From: Octopus sinensis
Lineage: Eukaryota
DNA: 64,000 nt
Direction of reading: 5' to 3'
NCBI RefSeq assembly: GCF_006345805.1
Contig: NC_042998.1
Coordinates: forward strand, 149,358,001-149,422,000
Part shown: positions 1 to 11,765 of the stretch, one piece after another
Layout of the letters: each line of letters starts with the position of its first letter
How positions within the stretch are numbered: the first letter of the stretch is position 1
Notes under the pieces: generated by a model
The model's input: only the letters and a program-made list of their open reading frames with translations
What the model was told of the DNA's origin: nothing
Database searches by the model: none
Made by a program: the position numbers and the translations under genes

Positions 1-266
1 GCTGCTGTCTTCAATGGCTGATACAGTTGTTGCTTTTGTTGTTGTTGTTGTTATTGTTGTTGATGATGATGATGATGATGAGGAGGAGGAGGAGGATGGT
101 GATGATGATGTTGATAATGATGGTTGTGGTGGTGGTGATGGCGGTGGGATAATGGTGATACTTGCCTTGGTCGCCGGCTCCTATTGATGGCTTGTTAGCC
201 GATTACACTAAAACAACGAGCTGGTGTTATTGTTGTTGTTGTAAGTAGTAGTAGTAGTAGTAGTAT

Positions 267-306
<40 letters not shown>

Positions 307-780
307 GGCATTGTTGATGCTGTTAGATGTAGTGTTGTGAGTGTTAGTAACTCTGACAGTATTCGCACCGGTGCTGATGTTGGTGGTGGGGATGGTGGTG
401 GGGATGTTGCTGTTGGTGGTGGTAATGATGGTTTTAGGGGTGGTAATGGTGGTGATGGTAGTGATGTTGGTGGCGGCGGTGGTGGTGGTGGTGAAGGTGG
501 TGGTGGTGTTGGTGGTGGTGGTGAAGGCGGTGATGGAGGTGGTGATGGTGATGTTGTTGTTGGTTGTGCTGGTGGTGATGGTAGTGGTTGTGGTTGTCGT
601 GGTGGCGGTGTGTAGATGTTGGTGCGAGTACCGATTAAATGGTGTTGATGGTACTACTAATATAGACGATGCTTTCGCCACTGGTGCTGGGCGTCAAAGC
701 GGTGATGTGGTGGCGATGGTAGTTGTGATGGTGGTGGTGGTGGTGGTGATGGCGGCGGAGGAATGGAGGGGAAGATGACA
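1..780. repeat. Mosaic of trinucleotide microsatellites (GTT, GAT, GAG, GGT, GTA, ATC, GCA)
   Basis: Successive pure and degenerate triplet runs. The Thr-, Gly- and Val-rich ORFs in three frames are by-products of these runs. Confidence 0.95.
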
Positions 781-1149
781 ATAGATGAAAGAAAAGGCGC
801 AAAGTAGTCAGACAATAAATTGTTAAAGCAGAGAGTTGCACTGACTTCAGTTGATATCTGAGAGTAAATATTGCATAGTTTTAACATTCTGTCAACAAGG
901 TGTTTGTTATTAACAAATAAACAGATACAGACACACACATGCACACACACATACACACACTCACACTCACACACAGGCACACAAACATTATATATGGACA
1001 GGTCGACTAACAAACGAGCAGAAAAGCAGGCTGGCAGGCAGTCAGATACATAAGCAGTTGTAAATTTTGGTTGAAAGATAATTAGAACGAGGTATGGAAA
1101 AATGTATAAGGTGAAATATGTATAAGATAGATTGTTCATCAGCGAGCTA

Positions 1150-1245
1150 GACTGACAGACAGGTAGACAGAGACAGGCAGACAAGCAGACAGACAGACAG
1201 ATAGATAAGAGATAGATAGACAGATGGAAAGATGGATAGATATGA
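1150..1245. repeat. (GACA)n/(GATA)n tetranucleotide repeat
   Basis: agacagacag...atagataaga runs seen directly. Confidence 0.85.
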
Positions 1246-2479
1246 GGATATATGAACAGAAATCGAAGAGCAATCAGTTACATTGATTTCTGTGGCTCTC
1301 TCCTTTCCACTCTCTCACTTTGGCTGTACACACACATTCACACACACACACACTGAAGTGACGGCTTAGGTGATATGATATTATGTAAAGGCTATCTTTC
1401 ATAACTACTAGAAATACGCGTATTAAATTCATATAGAATATCAGCACTTGGTTTTGTGCTTATTTTGATGTGTATGCATAGATATATTTGACGGTGACGT
1501 CATTCATATATGAACCAAAGTAACTAAACTATGGGCAGTAAACATCGCCATCATTTGTGCATTCCTCGGTATAAAATCATGAATATGTATTACTTTCAAT
1601 ATATATGGAAATTGCTGCCATTTTTGACGGAACAGGTGATTTAATAATATGATAGATGGAGAACTTTCCAACAATTAAATATAGAAGTTTTTATTACTTC
1701 AGTTTCAAAACATATTAAAACAGTTTGTATACCACTTACCATTATACTTAATTCTTTTGGTTTCGATCCTCTGACTAAAACTATATTATTGTTACTCTAA
1801 AAGTTTACATCAAATACTTGGAATGAGTGTTATATCGATGCATTAATTAGATTCTATTGTCGGTTTCTTTCTTTTAAAATACCATCATTTTTTGACGGCA
1901 CGAGTATACTACTATATACTAGTTACAAACAAAATTAACAAATTATCGATAACGTCTAATGACCTGAAATACCAGCAGCAATATTTTCACCAATTTCATT
2001 TAACATGTCTGTTAGGTAGTACCAAAAACTGATATCATTTCATGGTGACAAACAAAGAAAGAAAAGTCTAGAAATATTGGCAATGGATTTGGTGACTTTG
2101 TTGCGAAAGTTTATGTATTTTTTCACTACGTACGTTTCACCATTGTGTTTGCTTGGAAATATGCATTGGACGATTGACCACAACGGATCAAAAGGATCCC
2201 CCCACACAACTGTTTAGCCTTAACGCCCATTATATATACGCATAAATAGACATATACCTACCTCGCATATATTATTGTTTGCTTTTATGTATAGTTATAT
2301 TTTTTTAAGAATCAACGTTAATTGAAGAATCACTTAATATTTTCCATACAGTATCAGATTTATATTTCCATATAGAATATGTTGACAGCGACTTCAGAGT
2401 TTTGGCTTAGTCGCCTTCATCAGCTTGACAGACTTGAGATAAAATACCCAATAATCTGTGTGTGTGTGTGTGTTCTTTC

Positions 2480-2697
2480 ATTCTTTTACTTATTTCAGTC
2501 ATTTGACTGTAGCCATGCTGGAGTACCATTTTCAGGGGTTTTAGTCGAACAAATCGACTCCAGAACGTATTCTTTGCAAGCCTAGTACTTAATTTATCGG
2601 CCTCTTTTGCCGAACTGCTTAGTTACAGAAACGTAAACACACCAATATCGGTTGTCAGGTGATGGTGGCGGAGACAAACATAGACACAAAAACACCA

Positions 2698-2700
<3 letters not shown>
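2480..2700 (-). mobile_element. tRNA-derived SINE, family A, 3' half
   Basis: tttcagtcatttgactg...tagtcgaacaaatcgac...gcctagtactt...gccgaactgcttagttac...gtaaacacacc matches copies at ~16620, 17900, 18840 and 49600. It ends in a TA/TG microsatellite. Confidence 0.85.
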
Positions 2701-2730
<30 letters not shown>

Positions 2731-2759
2731 ATATATATGTATGTATATGTGTGTGTGTG

Positions 2760-2796
<37 letters not shown>

Positions 2797-2802
<6 letters not shown>

Positions 2803-3070
2803 GAGATTCAGTTGAATTAGGAACTTAAGTGGAAGCACCAAGTCAGTGCGGTATTACCCGTACAACTCAAAGTAAGGTGAATAAAATCAAAATAGGCAAC
2901 AGGATATCAAGACGTGATACAGTACGACCGTTTCAAGTGGGTCCATTTAATTGAACAATGCAATCATGTATTGATTGCATTACATGATTGCATTGTTCAA
3001 CTAAATGGAGCCGCTTGAAATAGTCGTACTGCATCACCTCTTGATATCATGTTGCCTATTTTGATTTTAT
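2797..3070. mobile_element. Penelope-type inverted pseudo-LTR remnant (90-bp arms)
   Basis: 2881-2970 is an imperfect reverse complement of 2981-3070 around a 10-bp spacer. The minus arm carries GAAAC-GGTC-GTA (2923-2934), the 3' half of a hammerhead core. Confidence 0.6.
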
Positions 3071-3090
3071 ATGTATATATAGATGTGTAT

Positions 3091-3173
<83 letters not shown>

Positions 3174-3239
3174 AACGCACACATACAAGGTGTTCAAGCT
3201 AAATTTGTAAGATGGGACATGGATAACTGCAACGAAGCC

Positions 3240-4110
3240 GTAGTCAGTAGGAAGGGACACAGCTGGTGTCCTGTGTTCATGCGCCAGAATTCATTCAACA
3301 AATTCAGGACAAGGTGATGGAAGATCTGAGTAAGGGTATCTTGACTTTGGCGAAAGACGTGGTTGCTGGAGTCGCCACTATGAGCTGGCCTGAATGCGAA
3401 CCTTCGCTACTGCTCATATAAGAAGTGCAAGGGCAAATTCTAACAACAAAAGCCCATAAGAACCGCTTGACGAAGAAAAAGGAGTTCCTGAACAAGTTGT
3501 GTTATCCTGTTGAGCTGAAGACGGTCTGGTTCTTCTCGGATAAAAAGAACTTCTGCTAAGGCCAGTTGTGCAACACCCAGAACAACAGGTGACTTGCCTA
3601 CAATTCATGTGATATTCCAAATATCATAAAAATCAAGTTCTCCCAAGCAGTGATGGTCTTTAGGTGTGTCTCCAGCGAGGATGAGGTCATGCTGCCCCAC
3701 ACCTTTGAACAAGGCTTCAGGCTCAATTCAGACGGTTATATAAGCTACTGGAAGCTGATCAAATTTTGGCTGGAGAGGGTTGCTGCTGGAAGGCCATATA
3801 AATGGTAGCAGGATTCGGCTCTTTCCCATATCTTCGTAAAGAGTCAGAAGAGGTTTTTGAAGAATTTCAACGACTTCACCAGCCCCAATTTTTCTGGCCT
3901 TCTGATTCCCTTGATTGTAACCACATCGATTTCTGTGTGTGGAGCGCCCCGCTCTGCTTGCAACACCAAGGGTTGATCTGACGGTCAAGATCAAGGAGAT
4001 GCTCAAAGATTTTCTCAAGAACACAGTGAGGAACATATACGCCAGATTTTGGAACCTTCTTGAGGCCGTGGTGGATGGTGAGGGTGGCTAATACTTTTAC
4101 CCATCAGCCA
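3240..4110 (+). pseudogene. Tc1/mariner (maT/DD37D-like) transposase remnant
   Basis: Manual translation across stops and frameshifts gives WFFSDKKNFC, AVMVFRCVSSEDEVMLPHTF, RLNSDGY, GRPYKW*QDSALSH, FTSPNF.WPSDSLDCNHIDFCVW and LEAVVDGEGG, which are DDD transposase motifs. Confidence 0.85.
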
Positions 4111-4559
4111 TAGTCTAATTCATTTTGTTTTACTTTTTTAAATACTTTTAATTTTGGATAGGATATTATGTTTTCTTTCCTTATATGCAGTCTGTCATAT
4201 TTACCCTATATATATACACGATCGCAAAACATTTCGTCTCAAATCTTGTCTTTCTGCCGCCAAATCTCATCCTTCCCAGTGAGCGGTGCGCCCGCCCTCC
4301 CGCCCCCTCCACCTGTACCGGAAGTCCTTATCTCAGCTTGTCTTCCTTTGCTTTTCTTCCATGAACACCTAAAGGCCTTAAGCCAATATCACCCCTTCTA
4401 TATAAGGTGGTGAAAATACGGCGCAAAACATGATAGTGTAGTGTAACAGGTTGAACTTAAGATCATTGCTGTGCTTATGAATTCTGCCAAATGCGAGCTT
4501 TCTTCTTTTCAGGTACATGACGCCACTGCTCCCCGTCCCTGGGCCTCTCGGGCCCATAC

Positions 4560-7500
4560 CTTCCACTCCCTCAGGGTGGGCACCCTCAACGTTGGCACAC
4601 TGAAAGGTAGATCTGGCGAGATAGTTGAGATGCTTGAACGGAGATGGGTTGATGTATGTTGCATGCAAGAAATAAGGTGGAGAGGAGGATCTGCTAGGTT
4701 CCTCACAGGCAAGGAACACAGGCGGGGTCGGTGGCGTGGGTATACTTATCGCTGAGAAATGGGTAGATAGAGTAATTGAGGTAATCAGAGTAAGTGACAG
4801 AATACTTAAGATTAGAATAGTGCTTCATAATAGATTAGCAACCATTATATCGGCCTATGTCCCTCAGCCAGGGCTACCCGATGGACAGAAAGACAGTTTC
4901 TATGACACCCTACTGCAGACCACCTCATTGACGAACGACAGGGACCTTCTCTTTGTGGCTGGTGATTTCAATGGGCATGTTGGACGTCATGCTGGGGGCT
5001 TCTATGGCGTACATGGAGGCTACGGTTATGGTTCCCGCAACGAGGAGGGAACCAGGCTGCTGGAGTTCTGCGATGCGAATAGTCTTATGGTTTGCAACAC
5101 TAACTTCAGGAAACCGACAAGCCACCTGGTCACCTACCGATCGGGCCGGCATACTAGCCAAATCGACTACATCCTTGCCAGAAAAAGGGAAAGATGGCTG
5201 CTTATAAATGCCAAAACCTTCCCAGGCGAAGAATGCACCCCACAACATAGACTGGTAGTTAGTGACTTTAGGATCAGGACTAAGAGGTCGACTAGAAGAC
5301 GACCAGCATGGAGAAGAAGGGTCTGGAAGCTTAAAGACCCTGCGAATGGACAGAGATTTAGAGATATGTTACTTGAAGCCTTTGACGAAATGGAAGGGGG
5401 TATAGCTACGCATGGGGTAGAAGACAACTGGACGGTTCTGAGGGACAACCTGCTGAAAGCCGCTGACCAGATCTGTGGCTGGTGCAAAGTCCCCTTAAGA
5501 CCCAAAATAACGTGGTGGTGGAACAATATTGTTGACAGGGCTATTAGAAAAAAGAAACAGGCTTGGAAGGCCTGAAGAACGGTGGTAGCAGGGAAGTGTA
5601 TCAGACTGCCAGAAGGGAAGCTAGGAGACAGGTCATCTAGCCAGAGGGGAGGGAGAAAAGATAAAGAAAAATTTGCCAATGTCCTGCGCCGTGAGGATGA
5701 AAGACTTGAGGTATTTCGTGTTGCAAGACAGTGTGTGAGAGAGAATCGTGATGTGGTAGGAGAGAAATGTGTTCACAAGGATGACGGTTCACTTGCGCTA
5801 AATGAGGATGCAAAGAGAGAGGCTTGGAGACGCCACTATGAAAGGTTGCTGAATGAGGAAAATGAATGGGATAAAGAGAGTCTCCCGAATGTCGACCCAA
5901 CAGAGGGACCAGCAATCCGAGTTAACAGTTCCTTAGTAGATAAGGCAATTAGAAGCATGAAAACAGGGAAAGCCCCAGGCCCATCAGGAATTACTGCAGA
6001 GATGCTCAAAATATCTGGTAGTGTCGGCTATAGCTTAGTCACCCGTATAGTTAACCAGGTGATACACGAAGGAGTCATACCCAATGACTGGTATAGCAGC
6101 ATAATAGTCAACTGCTACAAAGGTAAATGCGACGCCCTAGATACAAATAACTACAGGGGCATCAAGCTGCTGGATCAGGTAATGAAGGTTACGGAGAGGG
6201 TTATAGCCCAATTAATTAGAGAGAGAGTTAGCTTAGATGATATGCAGTTTGGGTTCGTGCCAGGGAAAAGTACTACTGATGCTATATTCCTGGTAAGACA
6301 GCTGCAGGAGAAATACCTAGCCAAGATAAGTCCTTGTATCTGGCTTTTGTTGACTTGGAGAAAGCCTTTGACAGGGTCCCCCGATCCCTTATCTGGTGGT
6401 CAATGAGGAAACTAGGGATAGATGAATGGTTAGTGAGAGCTGTGCGAGCCATGTACAGAGACGCTGCTAGTAAGGTGAGGGTTGGCAACGAGTACAGTGA
6501 AGAATTCCGGGTAGAGGTTGGGGTCCACCAAGGTTCAGTCCTCAGTCCCCTCCTATTTATCATAGTCCTCCGGGCAATAACGGAGGAATTCAAAACAGGA
6601 TGCCCCTGGGAGCTCCTCTATGCTGTAATTGCTGAGTCACTATCAGAACTGGAGGAGAAGTTTCAGGTGTGGAAACAAGGATTAGAATCGAAGGGCCTTA
6701 GAATCAACCTAGCCAAAACAAAGTCCTAATAAGTAGGAAGGTGGACCAATCACAAACGACTTCAGGTAGATGGCCCTGCTCGATCTGTAAAAAAGGTGTA
6801 GGTAGAAGAAACTCTATAAGGTGCACAAAGTGTAAGCTATGGACACATAAGGGGTGCAGCAGCAATGTCAAAGGAAGGCTAACTAGGAAAATAGTTTTTT
6901 GTCTGTGGCAGATGCTCAGGAGCAATAAACACTGGAAATGTGCAGAGACCAACTTCTACCACGTTCCAGGGAGACAAACTAGAAGTAGTTGATAGCTTCC
7001 GCTACCTAGGAGACCAAGTCAGTAGCGGGTGTGGGTGTGCTGAAAGTGTAACTGCTAGAGTAAGAATAGCCTGGGCAAAGTTTAGAGAGCTCTTACCCCT
7101 GCTGGTGACAAAAGGCCTCTCGCTAAGAGTAAAAGGCAGACTGTATGATGCATGTGTACGTACAGCCATGCTACATGGTAGTGAAACATGGGCGTGACGT
7201 GACTGCTGAGGATATGCGTAAGCTCGCAAGAAATGAAGCCAGTATGCTCGATGGATGTGTAATGTCAGTGTTCATAATCGTCAGAGTGTAAGTACCTTGA
7301 GAGAAAAGTTGAACCTAAGAAGCGTCAGTTGTGGTGTGCAAGAGAGACGGCTGCGCTGGTATGGTCATGTGACGAGAATGGCTGAAGATAGTTGTGTGCA
7401 AAAGTGCTACACCCTAGCAGTTGAGGGAACCCGTGGAAGAGGTAGACCCAGGAAAACCTGGGACGAGGTGGTGAAGCACGACCTTCGAACTTTAGGTCTC

Positions 7501-7569
7501 ACCAAGGAAATGACTAGAGACCGAGTCCTATGGAAGTGTGCTGTGCATGAGAGGACCCGGCAGGACTAG
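4560..7569 (+). pseudogene. RTE ORF2 (APE endonuclease + reverse transcriptase), frameshifted
   Basis: EN motifs VGTLNVGTL, CCMQEIRWRG, AGDFNGHVG, SQIDYIL, QHRLVV. RT motifs GKAPGPSGI, NYRGIKLL, QFGFVPGKSTTDAI, FVDLEKAFDRVP, GVHQGSVLSPLLF, FRYLG. C-terminal LRWYGHV and RGRGRPRKTW. The catalytic YADD reads YA^VIAES (DD deleted, ~6624). Confidence 0.95.
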
Positions 7570-8675
7570 TCAGGCCATAACCGTGGCCCCTACCTGGGAC
7601 GTAGTCGGTCCACCTGTGCATACCTTCCTTCTTGTGACATTGTGAAGACCTGTTGAGGCAAGTGAAAATCAAAACAAATCAAAATAGATGAACATCAATG
7701 GAATTTGTATCTTTGTGGTACCAGTGCCGGTGGCACACAAGAAAACCATCCGAACGTGGCCGTAGCCAGTACCGCATCGACTGGCCTCCGTGCTGTGGGC
7801 ACGTAACAAACACCATCCGATCGTGGCCGTTCGCCAGCCTCATCTGGCACCTGTGTCGGTGGCACATAAAAACACCATCCGAAGACCCGGCAAGACTAGT
7901 CAGGCCATAACCTGTGGCCCCTACCTGGGACGTAGTCAGTCCACCTGTGCATACCTTCCTTCTTGTGACACTTGTGAAGACCTGTTGAGGCAATTGAAAA
8001 TCAAAACAAATCAAAATAGATGAACATCAATGGAATTTGTATCTTTGTGGTACCAGTGCCGGTGGAACGTGGCCGTAGCCAGTACCGCATCGACTGGCCT
8101 CCGTGCTGTGGGCACGTAACAAACACCATCCGATCGTGGCCGTTCGCCAGCCTCATCTGGCACCTGTGTCGGTGGCACATAAAAACACCATCCGAAGACC
8201 CGGCAAGACTAGTCAGGCCATAACCTGTGGCCCCTACCTTGGACGTAGTCAGTCCACCTGTGCATACCTTCCTTCTTGTGACACTTGTGAAGACCTGTTG
8301 AGGCAAGTGAAAATCAAATCAAATCAAATCAAATCAAATCAAATCAAATCAAAACAAATCAAAATAGATGAACATCAATGGAATTTGTATCTTTGTGGTA
8401 CCAGTGCCGGTGGCACACAAGAAAACCATCCGAACGTGGCCGTAGCCAGTACCGCATCGACTGGCCTCCGTGCTGTGGGCACGTAACAAACACCATCCGA
8501 TCGTGGCCGTTCGCCAGCCTCATCTGGCACCTGTGTCGGTGGCACATAAAAACACCATCCGAGCGTGGCCGTCTGCCAGCCTCGTCTGGCACCTGTGTCG
8601 GTGGCACATAAAAACACCATCCGAGCGTGGCCGTTCGCCAGCCTCGTCTGGCACCTGTGTCGGTGGCACATAAAA
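7554..8675 (+). repeat. Tandem repeats in RTE 3' UTR: three 313-365-bp units plus ~59-bp subrepeats
   Basis: gacccggca(g/a)gactagtcaggccataacc recurs at 7554, 7884 and 8197. The accatccga.cgtggccgt...gtggcac module recurs within the units and twice more at 8563-8675. (AAATC)n is expanded at ~8310-8350. Confidence 0.95.
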
Positions 8676-8879
8676 TAACCCACTACACTCTCGGAGTGGT
8701 TGGCGTTAGGAAGGGCATCCAGCTGTAGAAACACTGCCAGATCTGACTGGCCTGGTGCAGCCTTCGGGCTCCCCAGACCCAGTTGAACCGTCCAACCCAT
8801 GCTAGCATGGAAAGCGGACGTTAAATGATGATGATGATATATATATATATAATATATGTTATATGTATATATATATATA

Positions 8880-10910
8880 TGTATATAAATAATAAATATT
8901 AGGGAATAAATCCAAATTTACAGGGAAAAAATCAGATTTAGGATTAAATCGATTTTATAGTAAAATATTATAAAATATATTCGAGACAAAACCACTATTT
9001 TGCAAAACAAACAAGGAAAGACTTAATCAATACATAAATTTAATAAATAGTCAAAAAAACCGCCACTACAATCGTTTCTTGTCTTGATCGACAATCTTCA
9101 GGTGGACTTCCAATCTAAAAAATCAATATTTTAAAAAATAAAATAATAATTTTAAAATAATTTAAGTATGAATGAAAAAATATAAGTATATAATCCATAT
9201 ATAACCTATCTATAATCCATATATAATCAATATATAAACAATATATAAACTAAAAAAAACCTATCAACAATTAAATATAAAATATAAAATATAAAACAAA
9301 ACAAAAAAAAAAAAATAATAATATAATATTAAACTATATATACACCCATACGCATAAACCTAATTATATATACCATATCTAACTACATACACTAAATCAC
9401 ACACCTATATATATATCCCTATACATACACATAAAAATGTCTAGGCAAATATAAATAAATAAAATAGCTAAATACTTCAACACAATACTTATTATACTCC
9501 CACACACACACACATACAACCCACATTCACGCTCTAGAAAATGGACATCACTGAAAACTATGAACGGAGAAATAGAATAAATGGAATTAAAAATTATATT
9601 CACTTGGTAAAACGAACACTACTAAAAATTATGAATGAAAAAATGCAATAAAACAACAGACATCGCAAATAGACACAAATTACTACAAATTCCTTATCAA
9701 ACCTACCATGATAACCAAAACTCATAAAAACATAAATGATAAAATCTCCCTTTACTAAACTCTATAACAAACCTATATAGCAATCCCCCTAACCTAAACA
9801 TTCACACACAAATACACACACGTAAACCACACACCCACGACATATACAAATACCCACACACTTACACATACCAATACATACTATAAACCTCAACATATAC
9901 TCCAAAAACCCACTCAAACCACACAGACAAATAAACACAAAAATATGAATGGATTCTTTTATAAAACTACCATGATAAGCTAAAACTCACAAAACAGAAA
10001 TGATAAAACCTCCCTTACTAAACACTAAAACATACTTATATAGCAATTCTTTAACCTATACATTCACAACAAAAACCACTCGTAAACCACACACCCATAA
10101 CAAATACAAACTCCCACCCCCACTCACACACACCCACAAGTACATATAAGCCTCAACATATACACCAAACAAAATTACTTTACCAAAGAACTTAACATAT
10201 ATATAAAAAGTATAACCGCTCTGGAAACGAACATCTCTAAATTAATGAATGGAGAAATGGAATAAATGGAATTAAAAATAAAATTCACGTGGCAAAACGA
10301 ACACCACTCAAAATTATGAATGAAACAATATAATAAAACACAAACATCGAAAAAAGACAAATTACTACGAATTCCCTAAAAAAAAACATGATAAACCAAA
10401 ACTCTTAAAAAACATATAACGATAAAATCTCCCTTTGCTAAACTCTATAACAAACCTATATAGTAATCCCCCTAACCTAAACATTCACACACAAACACAC
10501 ACGTAAACCACAGACCCACGACTTATACACATACCTAAACTAACTTATAAACCTCCATATACACCAAAACCCACTCCCTCCCACACAGACAAATTAACTC
10601 ATACATCCCAAAACCTAAATAACAAACCCATATACACATTCACACACAAACACACACACGCAAAAACACACACACACAACAGATACCATATACTCCCTCA
10701 CATATACGCATATACATACTCACTAAACTCAATATATACAACAATATTTACACACCCACACTCATACAGATAAATAAAATATACAACTAAAAACTCGCAC
10801 ACAATCTCATATACATAAACACTCCTATGAAAACAACATTAAATACATCTTAATTAACCAGAATATCCAAAAATAAAATATGACACAACAGGAAAGCACT
10901 ATGTATATTG
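8880..10910 (-). mobile_element. Penelope-associated non-coding element with extreme strand bias and internal degenerate repeats
   Basis: The plus strand is A/C-rich and almost G-free. Blocks repeat at 9566/10251 and at 9707/9971/10387. A hammerhead fold lies near the left end. The Penelope link is inferred from the hammerhead. Confidence 0.55.
9063..9105 (-). ncRNA. Type I hammerhead ribozyme (minimal)
   Basis: Minus strand reads CCAC-CUGAAGA-UUGUC-gaucaa-GACAA-GAAA-C-gauu-GUA/GUGG. Stem I has 4 bp, stem II 5 bp and stem III 2 bp. The core is canonical with a GUA cleavage triplet. Confidence 0.85.
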
Positions 10911-10935
10911 TATTATATATAATATATATATATAT

Positions 10936-11600
10936 CTAACCGCTCAGTCGAAGTCGACTCTCGGTTACTCGTTGGATCAGTGTCCTCCAGTCAGTTCTAT
11001 CCTGGGCCGCTTCTTTCAGATTGGCTATGTCCATTCCGGTATCACTCTTGATGGTGTCAAGCCAGCGGGTTCTTCGTCGTCCTCTTCCTTTCTTGCCACT
11101 GACCATTCCGAGCATGATGTCCTTCCCCAGGGATTTTCTCAGCATAATATGACCGAAATATGCCAATCTATGCTTGGTGATCCTAGCTCCTAGCGACATT
11201 TTCGGCCTTATCTGCTTAAGAACTTCTCCATTGGTGAGTCTCGCTGTCCATGGAATCCGTAAAAGTCTTCTCCAACACCAAAGCTCGAATGCATTAATTC
11301 TCTTCTGGTCAGCTTTCTTTAGTGTCCAGGTCTCGCATCCATATGTTGCTATTGGGAAGACAATTGCATTTAGTAGCGAGTCTGATGTCTCTACTCTTCC
11401 AGACCCTGCTCATGCTGACCATTGCCTCTCTGCCTAGTACTATCCGCTGTTTTATTTTTGGAGTGCAGCCACCATCTCGATTTATTTTGGAGCCAAGGAA
11501 GGTGAAATCATCAAGCACTTCAATCTCTACATTATCGATCTTGATGCTGATGTTTCTTGTGGCTGCTGTTGACATGATCTTCGTTTCCATGATTTTTCGT
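10936..11600 (-). mobile_element. 5'-truncated RTE (BovB-like) LINE fragment
   Basis: IEVLDDFTFLGSKINRDGGCTPKIKQRIVLGREAM and RLAYFGHIMLRKSLGKDIMLGMVSGKKGRGRRRTRWLD are RT-thumb and C-terminal motifs of RTE ORF2. Confidence 0.9.
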
Positions 11601-11693
11601 ATATATATATATATATATATAATATATATATATATATATACATAATTATATATATATATTATATATATATATATAATATATATTATATATATA

Positions 11694-11742
<49 letters not shown>

Positions 11743-11765
11743 TAATATATATATATATACATATA
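11600..11765. repeat. (TA)n microsatellite
   Basis: Direct observation. Confidence 0.95.

Larger units (their letters stand above)
4270..8838 (+). mobile_element. RTE-clade non-LTR retrotransposon, near full length, inactivated
   Basis: APE endonuclease plus RT ORF2 in fragments, a repetitive 3' UTR and a (GAT)n tail at ~8825-8838, followed by a TA microsatellite. The 5' boundary is approximate. Confidence 0.95.

Noticed and set aside
208-841. Thr-rich, Gly-rich, Val-rich and poly-His ORFs resembling mucin or glycine-rich proteins
   Set aside because: All frames are open simply because triplet repeats lack stops. There is no splice or domain evidence.
4270-4335. HDV-like ribozyme at the RTE 5' end (known from some RTEs)
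   Set aside because: The C-rich stretch gives only a weak ggtgc/gtacc stem, and I could not assemble the nested double pseudoknot.
7554-8675. CRISPR-like appearance of the RTE 3' UTR repeats (and of the 21-bp gag repeat)
   Set aside because: There are no unique spacers or cas genes, and the context is eukaryotic retroelement sequence.
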